Origin: Gammaproteobacteria bacterium
GTDB lineage: Bacteria > Pseudomonadota > Gammaproteobacteria > Burkholderiales > SG8-41
Assembly (NCBI GenBank): GCA_041483135.1
Contig: JBGPFE010000017.1
Coordinates: 5,546 to 69,545 of the forward strand
Length of the DNA: 64,000 bases
Direction of reading: 5' to 3'
The translations under genes and the position numbers were made by a program. Positions 16,971 to 26,155 of this stretch are shown here, in pieces (within the stretch, counting starts at the first letter, position 1; each line of letters starts with the position of its first letter). Below the pieces are notes generated by a model. The model saw only the letters and a list, made by a program, of their open reading frames with translations. It ran no database searches and was not told the origin of the DNA.

Positions 16971-18551
16971 ATGTTCAGTCAATTCAGCCAACGCTTGCGG
17001 TCATTGTTCGGCGGGCGCAGCGAGCCCATCGTACCCGGTGCTGCGCCGGCGGCGGGCGCGCATGCGGGAATTCAGCCCGACGAAGTGCAAGCGCTGGTTG
17101 AGCAGGCGGCGCGACACTATGCGCAGGGTGAGACCGAGGATGCACGCGATTGTTACGAGACTGCGCTTGCCCATGCGCCGAATTGCATACCGGCGCTTGC
17201 CGGCCTGGCCGCGCTGCTGCGCGATGCGGGCGCTGCGGATGAAGCGCTCGAGTACATTCAGCACGCGCTGCGGATCGCGCCGCACGATGCGACGATGTGC
17301 TTCGAATCAGCGCTCACGCTCAATCGTTGCGGCGATACCCAGGGAGCGCTAGCGGCATACCAACAGGCGCTCGAGCTGAAGCCCCGTTACGCTGCCGCCA
17401 ATGTCAACCTGGGGTTGATTTACCTGACCCAGCTCGGAGACCCGTTGCACGCCGAGCGGTTTTTCGAACGAGCGATTGAAATCGACCCCGGCGCGGTAGC
17501 GGCACAGGCCAATCTCGGCCTCGCGTTGCAGGAGCAAGGCCGGACTGACGCGGCGCTCGCCCACTACGAGCGGCTGATCACGGCCCATCCGGCGGTTAAC
17601 GAGTATCGCTGGAACCGGGGCATCGCGCTGCTCAGCCGCGGCGATTACGCGCGCGGCTGGGAGGATTACGAGTTGCGCAACGCGCGCGGCACGGGTGCGC
17701 CGCCGCGCTTATTTCCCTATCCGGTGTGGCACGGGGAAGCGCTTGCCGGCTCAACACTGCTGGTTTATGGCGAGCAGGGAATCGGTGATGAGATCATGTT
17801 TGCTTCCTGCGTGCCGGACCTGTTGGCGCGCGGCACACCGTGCGTGATCGAGTGCGATCAGCGACTCGCAACGCTTTTCGAGCGTTCGTTCCCGGCTGCG
17901 CGAGTGCACGGCGCCGCGCGCGACGGCGACCGCAGCTGGCTTACGCGGCACACCGATGTACGGGTGCAGATTGCGATCGGCAGCCTGCCGCGCTTGCTGC
18001 GACGGGACGAATCCCAATTTCCGCGGCATGGGGGCTATCTGTGCGCCGACCCCGGGCGCGTAGCACAATGGCGCGCGCGTCTTGCCGCCGAAGCCGGCGG
18101 ACGCAGCGTCGGGATCTCCTGGCGCGGCGGTACCGTGAAAACCCGACGCGACCAGCGCGCGATTCCGCTTTCGCAGTTGACGCCATTGTTCGACGTGCCC
18201 CGGCTTGCCTGGGTCAACCTGCAGCGCGGCGGCGGTCAGGAGCTGGCGGCGCTGGCCGCCCTGCGCCGCGTGAAAGTGCTGTCTTATGATGATGCGTTGG
18301 ACGATATGGATGACACCGCGGCATTGATCCAGGCGCTCGAGTGCGTTGTCACGGCCGACAATACGGTCGCCCACCTTGCCGGCGCGCTGGGCCGGCGGGT
18401 TCTGCTTATGCTCCCCTGGCACGCCGACTGGCGTTGGCTGGATGAGCGGTCGACCAGTCCGTGGTATCCGTCCGTCGCGCTCTATCGGCAGCAGCAAACG
18501 GACGACTGGGCGTCGGTGATTGCGCGGGTCGCAGCGGAACTGCAATCCTGA
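16971..18551 (+). CDS. TPR + GT9-like glycosyltransferase, paralog 2
   Basis: TPRs, then LLVYGEQGIGDEIMFASCVPDL, VGISWRGG, SPWYPSVALYRQ. Confidence 0.8.
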   Translation: MFSQFSQRLRSLFGGRSEPIVPGAAPAAGAHAGIQPDEVQALVEQAARHYAQGETEDARDCYETALAHAPNCIPALAGLAALLRDAGAADEALEYIQHALRIAPHDATMCFESALTLNRCGDTQGALAAYQQALELKPRYAAANVNLGLIYLTQLGDPLHAERFFERAIEIDPGAVAAQANLGLALQEQGRTDAALAHYERLITAHPAVNEYRWNRGIALLSRGDYARGWEDYELRNARGTGAPPRLFPYPVWHGEALAGSTLLVYGEQGIGDEIMFASCVPDLLARGTPCVIECDQRLATLFERSFPAARVHGAARDGDRSWLTRHTDVRVQIAIGSLPRLLRRDESQFPRHGGYLCADPGRVAQWRARLAAEAGGRSVGISWRGGTVKTRRDQRAIPLSQLTPLFDVPRLAWVNLQRGGGQELAALAALRRVKVLSYDDALDDMDDTAALIQALECVVTADNTVAHLAGALGRRVLLMLPWHADWRWLDERSTSPWYPSVALYRQQQTDDWASVIARVAAELQS

Positions 18552-18603
18552 TAGGGATCAGGCAGCGGTAACCCCGGAATCGCATTCTGGAAAGGCTGGT
18601 CTT

Positions 18604-20331
18604 GTGCTTAAGCGGCTATTCAAGAATTTGATCCGGCGATCGGCCGCTGCCACGCAAGGCTTGACCGGCGGACCGACGGGCAGCGCAAAGCTGGAACAGG
18701 CTATAGCCAGCTATCAGAAGCGCGATTTTGCCGCGGCAGGAAAGTTTTGCAACGCCATCATCAGCAGCGATCCCGGCAATGATGGCGCGCACAACCTGCT
18801 CGGTGCAATCGCCCTTGAGCAGCGCAATAGCGTGGCGGCAATCGCCCACTTCGAGCAGGCTATATCGCTTGATCCGGACCGGGAGGATTACCACTGCAAC
18901 TGCGGCGAAGCTTATCGAAGGGCGGGCAGGCTAAGCAAGGTGATAGATTGCTGCGAAACGGCGCTGCGCATAAATCCCGGCTTCGACGTGGCGTGGTACA
19001 ACTTGGCGACCGCACAAGCCAGCCTCGGGAAATTGCGCGAGGCCATCATCGCCCTTCGCAAGGCTCTCGAATTGAAGCCTGATGCCGAGGTTCATTCCAC
19101 GCTGTTGTATATGATGAGCTGTTGTCCGGGTATCGACGCACAAGAAGTGCTGGCCGAGCATCGCCGCTGGGGAAGCCTGTATGCAAATAATCTGGCCTGC
19201 CAAGCGTACCAGCACCGTGACCGGGGTGACCCCGAAAAAGTATTGCGCATCGGTTACGTTGCAGGGGTAATCGCCGGCTGCTTCATGGAACCTGTCATCG
19301 CTCATCGCGACCGCAAACATTTTCAGGTCTTTTTCTACAATAACAGCGCTGGCGCGTCGATGGATGACGGCGCGCGGCGTCTCCGGAATTTGGCCGATGG
19401 ATGGCGCCAGATCGAAAATATGCCGGATGCCGAAGCGGCCGCAACGATACGGCAGGACAATATAGATATTTTAGTGGACCTGGCCGGCCATTCGCGAGGC
19501 TACCGCCTGCCGGTTTTTGCTTATAAGCCGGCACCGGTCCAGGTAACCTACCTGGGATATTTAAACACTACCGGGGTGCGATCGATCGACTATCGCATCA
19601 CTGACCGCTATGCCGACCCCCCGGGTGTGGCAGATGCCTATCATGTGGAGCGTTTGATTCGCTTGCCACATAGTCAGTGGTGCTATCGCCCTCCCGCGGA
19701 GATGCCGACACCAAGCCCGCTGCCCGCGCAGGCGCGTGGATATATTACTTTCGGTTCTTTCAATAATTTTCACAAGATTAACGATGAAGTGCGCAAGCTC
19801 TGGGCAAGGTTGCTTGTTGAAGTGCCGGGTTCGAGGCTGTTGGTTCTGGGCGTACCCAAAGGCGAATGCGCAGACAGGCTGCGCGAGGATTTTAAAAGGC
19901 AAGGGGTTTCAGCGGAGCGCCTGGTGATTTGCGGCCAGTTGAATTACCTCGAGTACCTGCGCATGTATCAGGAGGCCGATATTGCGCTCGATCCCTTCCC
20001 GTTTAACGGGGGCACTACTACGTGCGAAGCGCTGTGGATGGGAGTGCCAGTGATCACGCTGGCGGGTCAATATGGATTGGCACGCTCCGGCGTCAGCTTG
20101 TTGTCGGTCGTAGGCTTGAACGGGTTGATAGCCGAAACCCCTGACGGCTATATTGCGGCCGCAACGCAGTTGGCTGCCGATCTGCAGCAGCTCAACGGGT
20201 TGCGCGTGACATTGCGCGAACGCATGGGTAAATCCCCGCTGATGGATGCTCCTGGATTCACGCATTCGCTGGAAATCGCGTACCGTGATATATGGCATGC
20301 CTGGTGCGCGCAGGAGAGAGTATCGTCCTAG
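18604..20331 (+). CDS. TPR + GT41/SPINDLY-like glycosyltransferase, paralog 2
   Basis: LRIGYVAG.IAGCFMEPVI, ILVDLAGHS, PAPVQVTYLGYLNTTG, YITFGSFN, LDPFPFNGGTTTCEALWMGVPVIT. Start is uncertain (GTG 18604 used; an in-frame ATG at 18520 overlaps the upstream gene). Codons are visibly more AT-rich than in paralog 1. Confidence 0.75.
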   Translation: MLKRLFKNLIRRSAAATQGLTGGPTGSAKLEQAIASYQKRDFAAAGKFCNAIISSDPGNDGAHNLLGAIALEQRNSVAAIAHFEQAISLDPDREDYHCNCGEAYRRAGRLSKVIDCCETALRINPGFDVAWYNLATAQASLGKLREAIIALRKALELKPDAEVHSTLLYMMSCCPGIDAQEVLAEHRRWGSLYANNLACQAYQHRDRGDPEKVLRIGYVAGVIAGCFMEPVIAHRDRKHFQVFFYNNSAGASMDDGARRLRNLADGWRQIENMPDAEAAATIRQDNIDILVDLAGHSRGYRLPVFAYKPAPVQVTYLGYLNTTGVRSIDYRITDRYADPPGVADAYHVERLIRLPHSQWCYRPPAEMPTPSPLPAQARGYITFGSFNNFHKINDEVRKLWARLLVEVPGSRLLVLGVPKGECADRLREDFKRQGVSAERLVICGQLNYLEYLRMYQEADIALDPFPFNGGTTTCEALWMGVPVITLAGQYGLARSGVSLLSVVGLNGLIAETPDGYIAAATQLAADLQQLNGLRVTLRERMGKSPLMDAPGFTHSLEIAYRDIWHAWCAQERVSS

Positions 20332-20573
20332 AGCATTTGTTTAGAATCGGGCGGACCCTTACTGGCAAGAGTTCCCGGATGTGCCTTGATTGGGAGGCCG
20401 TGTAACGGACGAATGCGGATTTGCCTGTAACGCGCGTACCCGCAGCTTGATAATGCATAAATGTGACCAAGCGGGATTGGTGAGACAATTGACAGGATCC
20501 CGATTCCCGTAAAGCAATAAATGCCCCGAAATATTTGCGACCCGGTGCGTCGCTTGCCAGGCGTTCAGATCAG

Positions 20574-21896
20574 ATGAAATGCGCGGTAGTCACGCCGATC
20601 GGGCCCGGGCATGAATTGTTTGCTTTGGACGCGGCGGAATCGGTAAAAAAGGCCTGCGCGAACTCGCTGGGCCAGTTCGACAGCATTGCATTCATCGAAG
20701 TCGACGATACGCGCGGCGAGCTGGGACGCTCGGCTGCGCGCAACCGGGGCATTCAACTGGCCAATGAAGCCGGCGCCGATTGGATATTTTTTCTTGACGC
20801 CGACGACGTGCTCGACCCGAACGCATTCGCTAATGTGACCCCATACCTAAACCGCCACGATGCGGTATGGGGCGCGATTTACGAACTCACCGAAGACGAG
20901 CAGGGCGGCGTCATCCGCCCCGACCAGTTGATGGAGATCTCGAGCCTCACGCAATTACTCGGCAACGATCCCTGGATCACGCTGCAGATCGGGCATTTCG
21001 TGAAAACGGATATTGCGCTGGCGGTGCAATTTAACCCGCAGATGGATTCCGGAGAGGATTTCGACTACTACCTGCGGATGTGGTCGCGGTACAATTGCAT
21101 CAAAATACCGCTGCCGTTCTTTTATAACCGGCGCAATACGCATGCCGAAGGGCCCCGCGCAACGACCGATCGCGAATGGCGGACCGCGGTCCAGCGCATG
21201 ATTTGCGAGAAATGCATAGCAACGGATTTTCATGCGGATTTCGAGTATCACGACGAACCATTCCGCTTTTACGTTTTCAATCCATTCGATGTGATCCAGC
21301 GGTATTATCTGAAAGGGCGGTTTTTCGAGCTGGAAGAACTGACTTATCTCGAGACCTGGATCGCGCCGGACGCAAATATCGTTGAAGTCGGTGCCTATGT
21401 CGGCAACCACGTGGTTTACTATTCGCGGTTCATGCGGCCGCGCAGTATCACGGTGCTTGAGCCCAATCCTGAGACGATCGGTCTTTTGCGCCGCAATCTC
21501 GAGGCTAACGCGGTATCCAACGCCGATCTGTCGTGGTTGGGAATTGCGGCGGGAGACGTCGAGGCGTATTACGAACTGGTATGCGATAGTATCGGCAATC
21601 GCGGCGCCGCGCGTCTCGTGCGCGCTCCGGCCGGGGAGGTCAAATCTGCGCCTCTCGATGCTTTGGTCAAGCACCGGGTCGATTTCATTAAAATCGACGT
21701 TGAAGGCATGGAGCTCGGGGTTCTCGCCGGCGCGCAACGCATCATCGCCGAGTCGCGGCCGAAAATCATGATTGAGGTATTCAGGGATCACGTCCCGGAG
21801 TTCGGGCAATGGCTGGATCGCAACAAGTACCGTGTCGCGCGCGCATTTGAATACGTGGGCGCTGTAAACTTCATGGTCGAGCCGGCCAATGGGTGA
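20574..21896 (+). CDS. Bifunctional GT2 glycosyltransferase / FkbM methyltransferase fusion
   Basis: N-terminus MKCAVVTPIGPGHE...RSAARNRG...IFFLDADDVL matches GT2 with DxD. C-terminus VGAYVGNHVVY, VLEPNPETIGLL, FIKIDVEGMELGVLAG matches FkbM. Confidence 0.8.
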   Translation: MKCAVVTPIGPGHELFALDAAESVKKACANSLGQFDSIAFIEVDDTRGELGRSAARNRGIQLANEAGADWIFFLDADDVLDPNAFANVTPYLNRHDAVWGAIYELTEDEQGGVIRPDQLMEISSLTQLLGNDPWITLQIGHFVKTDIALAVQFNPQMDSGEDFDYYLRMWSRYNCIKIPLPFFYNRRNTHAEGPRATTDREWRTAVQRMICEKCIATDFHADFEYHDEPFRFYVFNPFDVIQRYYLKGRFFELEELTYLETWIAPDANIVEVGAYVGNHVVYYSRFMRPRSITVLEPNPETIGLLRRNLEANAVSNADLSWLGIAAGDVEAYYELVCDSIGNRGAARLVRAPAGEVKSAPLDALVKHRVDFIKIDVEGMELGVLAGAQRIIAESRPKIMIEVFRDHVPEFGQWLDRNKYRVARAFEYVGAVNFMVEPANG

Positions 21897-21994
21897 TGCG
21901 GGTAGCGGGAGGCGAAGCGTGGCAAGGATTTTGTACGGGGTTGCGCACGGCTGGAGCCTAGAGTTGTTGATAGGGTGGACCAGGATCGATTCGA

Positions 21995-22645
21995 ATGAGC
22001 TATAGCCGCGACCATCCGAGCGCGAAGTATCAAAGCATGATCGCGCTATATCGTGAACTGCATGCCAAGGGCGAGCGCAGGCTCGGCCTGCCGCCGGAGG
22101 CGACCTACCCCGGCGTGAGTCTGCTGCCGCATATCGGGCACATCAAGGATTTGATCGTGCGCACCGGTGCCAGGACCATCCTCGACTACGGTTGCGGCAA
22201 AGGCCTCCAATACGAGCCGCAGAAAATCGCGGTCCCGGGGGAAGGCGAATGGGACGGCGTCATCGAGTACTGGGACGTTGACGAAGTGCGATGTTACGAC
22301 CCGTGTTATGAGCCTTACAGCAAATTGCCCGAAGGCAAATTCGACGGCGTGGTCTCGACCGACGTGCTCGAGCATTGCATCGAAGATGACATACCGTGGA
22401 TTATCGCCGAAATGTTTTCATATGCTGATCGCTTCGTGTTCGCGAACGTCGCGTGCTATCCGGCCCTCACAACGTTGCCGAACGGTGAAAACGCGCATTG
22501 CACGGTGCGCCCGATCGGCTGGTGGCAGGAAATATTTGCTGCGGCGAGCAGAATCCATCCGCAGGTCCTCTGGAAACTGTACGTCGAGGAACACGCGCAT
22601 AGCGGGCACGGTGACAGCGAAACCGGGCGCATCGCCGAGAGCTGA
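21995..22645 (+). CDS. Class I SAM-dependent methyltransferase (216 aa, paralog B)
   Basis: ILDYGCGKGLQY, VVSTDVLEHC. Collinear with 13051-13701, including CYDPCYxPY and ANVACYPA...NGENAHCT. Confidence 0.7.
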   Translation: MSYSRDHPSAKYQSMIALYRELHAKGERRLGLPPEATYPGVSLLPHIGHIKDLIVRTGARTILDYGCGKGLQYEPQKIAVPGEGEWDGVIEYWDVDEVRCYDPCYEPYSKLPEGKFDGVVSTDVLEHCIEDDIPWIIAEMFSYADRFVFANVACYPALTTLPNGENAHCTVRPIGWWQEIFAAASRIHPQVLWKLYVEEHAHSGHGDSETGRIAES

Positions 22646-22661
22646 AGGCAGGCCGGTTGCC

Positions 22662-24446
22662 ATGGGTTTCCGTGACATCCTCAGACGCTGGCGCGAGCGC
22701 CCCGCAGCCGCCCGGGCAACACCGGACGCGGGCGTCGCCGCCGCAGATGCAACGGCGGCCGCGGAATTAAATCAACAGGGGATGCTGCTGCGGCAACGCG
22801 CGCAGTATGCGGAAGCGGAGCGCAGCCTGATGCGTGCCGTCGAGCTCAAGCATGATTTCGCCGAAGCGCACTTGAATCTGGGGCTGACCTATCTGGACCA
22901 GGGCCATCTTGAAGACGCTGCGGACTGCTTTCAGCTTGCGGCTCATTTTGCACCGGGTCTCGTCGCGGCGCATATCGAGCTGGGCGCGGTGCTTGTGAAG
23001 CTCGGGCGTCTCGACGCGGCAGAGACCGCGTACCGTCAGGCGCTCGCGATCAATCCGGATTACGGCGAAACCTGGTTGCGCCTCGCCGATGTGCTCAAGG
23101 CGCGCGGCGATCTGGACGCTGCGATCGATGGTTACCGCGCCGCGGTTGCCCGCGATCCGGCATTGGCCGACGCGCATTGCCAGCTCGGTTATGCGCTTTA
23201 TAAGGCGGGACGATATAACGAGTCGCGCCCGTGTTTCGACGCTGCGCTCATGCTGCGCCCGGATTTTGCCGAAGCTCATCATAACCTGGGTTTGCTGCTA
23301 CTCGAGACCGGCTACCCGGCTGAGGCGCTGCGCAGCTTCGAGCGAGCGCTCGCGATACACCCTGACGCTGCAGAAATCCGTGCCTGCGTTGCGCACGCGC
23401 TGCGCGACCTCGGGCGCCTGGATGAAGCGCTGATGCATTACGAGGCAGCGCTCGCGCGGCAACCGGGATTCGCCGACGCTGTGATCAATCGCAGCTATGC
23501 GTTGCTGCTGCGCGAGGACTACGCCGCCGGTTGGGCTGAATACGAGCGCCGCTTCGATATCGGCGCGATGCCGCCGCGCGGCTTTCCGTTCGCGCCGTGG
23601 CGGGGCGAGCCGCTCGCCGGCAAGCGCATCCTGGTTTACGCCGAGCAGGGGCTGGGTGACGAAATCATGTTTGCCTCGTGCCTGCCCGATCTGTTGCGGG
23701 TCGCCGGGCACTGCGTAATCGAGTGCAACACGCGGCTCGCAAAGCTGTTCCGACGCTCATTTCCCCGCGCTCATGTACATGGTGCGGGCAAAGATGACGA
23801 CCAGGGGTGGGTCACGGAGTTGCCGCCGCTGGACTGCCAGGTCGCGATCGGGTCGCTTCCATCGTACTTTCGGCGCTCACCCACCGATTTTCCACCGCAC
23901 CGTGGCTATCTCGCAGCCGACGCGGCGCGAGTCGGCCACTGGCGCCGCGAGCTTGCCGCCGGTTCCGCGCTGCGGGTGGGCATTGCATGGCGCGGCGGCT
24001 CGCTGCGCTCACGGCAGTTCACGCGTTCGATCGCATTGCCGCAGTGGCTGCCATTGTTGCGGCAGCGCGGAGCGGCGTTTTACGCGCTGCAATATGGCGA
24101 TACCGCGGCAGAACTCGCGCAGATGCATGCTCAACACGGTGTATCCGTCCGCCATCTCGGAAACGCGAGCGACGATCTCGACGAACTCGCGGCAATCATC
24201 AGTGCGCTCGATCTCGTGGTCAGCGTCGACAACACGATCGCTCATCTCGCGGGTGCCCTGGGACAAACGGTGTGGACGCTGCTGCCGTTCAGCACCGAGT
24301 GGCGCTATCCGCGCAGCGGGGAGGCCATGCCCTGGTACCCTTCCGCACGCCTGTTCAGACAAATTCAACCGCTTGACTGGATGCCGGTGATGGAGCGCGC
24401 AGTCCATGCATTGCAAACGGATTTCGCGGCGTGCTCGATCGCTTGA
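22662..24446 (+). CDS. TPR + GT9-like glycosyltransferase, paralog 3
   Basis: Start trimmed to ATG 22662 (MGFRDILRRW), because the longer ORF from 22167 overlaps the methyltransferase gene. ILVYAEQGLGDEIMFASCLPDL, VGIAWRGG, MPWYPSARLFRQ. Confidence 0.8.
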   Translation: MGFRDILRRWRERPAAARATPDAGVAAADATAAAELNQQGMLLRQRAQYAEAERSLMRAVELKHDFAEAHLNLGLTYLDQGHLEDAADCFQLAAHFAPGLVAAHIELGAVLVKLGRLDAAETAYRQALAINPDYGETWLRLADVLKARGDLDAAIDGYRAAVARDPALADAHCQLGYALYKAGRYNESRPCFDAALMLRPDFAEAHHNLGLLLLETGYPAEALRSFERALAIHPDAAEIRACVAHALRDLGRLDEALMHYEAALARQPGFADAVINRSYALLLREDYAAGWAEYERRFDIGAMPPRGFPFAPWRGEPLAGKRILVYAEQGLGDEIMFASCLPDLLRVAGHCVIECNTRLAKLFRRSFPRAHVHGAGKDDDQGWVTELPPLDCQVAIGSLPSYFRRSPTDFPPHRGYLAADAARVGHWRRELAAGSALRVGIAWRGGSLRSRQFTRSIALPQWLPLLRQRGAAFYALQYGDTAAELAQMHAQHGVSVRHLGNASDDLDELAAIISALDLVVSVDNTIAHLAGALGQTVWTLLPFSTEWRYPRSGEAMPWYPSARLFRQIQPLDWMPVMERAVHALQTDFAACSIA

Positions 24447-26116
24447 TGCGCTGGTTAAGCCCGGCCCCGGCGCGGGACCCCACGACTGCGGGGGTCGAAG
24501 TGCCGGCGCCGGCGCATGCAGCGGCGGCTATTGCAGCCTATTCGCGAGGCGTCGAATATTTCCGGCGCGGCGAGTTCGAGCTGGCGGCGCAGGCCTTCAA
24601 GCAGGCGCTCGAGCTCAAGCACAACCTGGCGGAGGCGCATTTTTATCTCGGCCTGATATCCCGCAAGCAGTCACAGCTCGAAGACGCGAGTGACCGCCTG
24701 TTGCTGGCAACGGCTTTCAAGCCGGATTTCGCAGAGGCCTGGTTTTATCTTGGCGTCGTCGACCTCGGTTGCAAGCGATACGATGCGGCGCGCCGCAATT
24801 TCGAAACCGCCCTGCGGCTCAAGCCGGATTACGCCGAGGCGCACAACAGCTATGCGAAACTGTGCGAGGAGCTGGAACAAATCGGCGACGCTATTGCCCA
24901 TATCAGAACGGCGCTGCAGCTCAAGCCCGACTTCGCGCTCGCTTATTGCAATCTGGCCCGCCTCACGCTGCGTGACTCGCTCGATGCCGATGCCGCGCTG
25001 CATTACGCGAGAACCGCGGTCAGCTTGCGGCCGCAGCTTGCTGAAGCACACAGTTGCCTCGCGCAGATCCTGCAATTCCAGTGCCGCTGCGAAGAAGCCG
25101 TCGCGGAATGCGGGATCGCGCTGGAGCTCGATCCCGCAGCCTCTCACACGCGCATGATCCGGGCGCTTGCCGCGCTGATGCTCGGGGATTTTGCGGCGGG
25201 CTGGCGCGACTACGAGGAACGCAAAAAAGTTTACCCCATCTATGCGGTCAGGAAATTCCCTTACCCGGAGTGGAACGGCACTCCGCTGTCGGGCCGGCGG
25301 CTGCTGGTCTACCATGAGCAGGGCCTCGGCGACGAAATCATGTTTGCCTCATGCCTGCCCGATTTGCTGGCGCTGGGCGGGCACTGCATCGTCGAGTGCT
25401 CGTCCAAACTCGAGCCGTTGTTTCGGCGCTCCTTTCCGGCGGCGACAGTCATCGCTGCCGATCAAACATCTCCCGACATGTCGTACCTGAACGCGCTGCC
25501 GCGCTGCGACTGGCAGGTAGCGGCGGGTTCCCTGCCCCGATATTTTCGGCGACACCGGGACGACTTTCCCCGTTCCGCGGGTTATCTGGTCGCCGCTGCC
25601 GACCGGATAGACCACTGGCGCGCGCGGTTGCAGCGGCTGGGCCCGGCGTCTAAAGTGGGTTTGTCGTGGCGCGGCGGTGCTCTGCATACCAACCAGCCGA
25701 ATCGCTCAATTGACCTGGAACGATTGGCGCCGCTGCTGAAAATGCCGGGTTGCGAATTTGTCAGCCTGCAATACGGCGATTGCCGTGCCGAACTCGATGG
25801 CCTGCATGAGCGACTGGGCGTGCGCGTGCAACATTGGGCGGAGGCGATCGAAGACTATGCCGAGACGGCAGCGTTGGTGAGTGCGCTCGATCTGATAATA
25901 ACCGTCGACACTTCGGCCGCCCATTTGAGCGGCGCACTGGGCCGGCCGACCTGGGTGTTGGTGCCGGCGAACGCGGAATGGCGCTACATGGTGACGGGCG
26001 ACCGTATGCCGTGGTATCCGACGATGCGTTTGTTCCGTCGCGCCCACGGCGCCGGCTGGGAGCCGGTGATCGAACGCGTAGCAGCCGAACTTGCCGGCAT
26101 TGCGCGCCGAACGTGA
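24431..26116 (+). CDS. TPR + GT9-like glycosyltransferase, paralog 4
   Basis: LLVYHEQGLGDEIMFASCLPDL, VGLSWRGG, MPWYPTMRLFRR. Overlaps the upstream paralog by 16 bp. Confidence 0.8.
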   Translation: MLDRLMRWLSPAPARDPTTAGVEVPAPAHAAAAIAAYSRGVEYFRRGEFELAAQAFKQALELKHNLAEAHFYLGLISRKQSQLEDASDRLLLATAFKPDFAEAWFYLGVVDLGCKRYDAARRNFETALRLKPDYAEAHNSYAKLCEELEQIGDAIAHIRTALQLKPDFALAYCNLARLTLRDSLDADAALHYARTAVSLRPQLAEAHSCLAQILQFQCRCEEAVAECGIALELDPAASHTRMIRALAALMLGDFAAGWRDYEERKKVYPIYAVRKFPYPEWNGTPLSGRRLLVYHEQGLGDEIMFASCLPDLLALGGHCIVECSSKLEPLFRRSFPAATVIAADQTSPDMSYLNALPRCDWQVAAGSLPRYFRRHRDDFPRSAGYLVAAADRIDHWRARLQRLGPASKVGLSWRGGALHTNQPNRSIDLERLAPLLKMPGCEFVSLQYGDCRAELDGLHERLGVRVQHWAEAIEDYAETAALVSALDLIITVDTSAAHLSGALGRPTWVLVPANAEWRYMVTGDRMPWYPTMRLFRRAHGAGWEPVIERVAAELAGIARRT

Positions 26117-26155
26117 GGGTGCGTTGGTGAATCCATTGGCGCAAGGGGCCGCGGC

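Noticed and set aside
22167-22661. Long N-terminal extension of the third TPR-GT9 ORF (the ORF track starts at 22167)
   Set aside because: The extension overlaps the well-supported methyltransferase gene in another frame and is Arg/Ser-rich. The internal ATG at 22662 gives the same basic N-terminal peptide seen in the paralogs.
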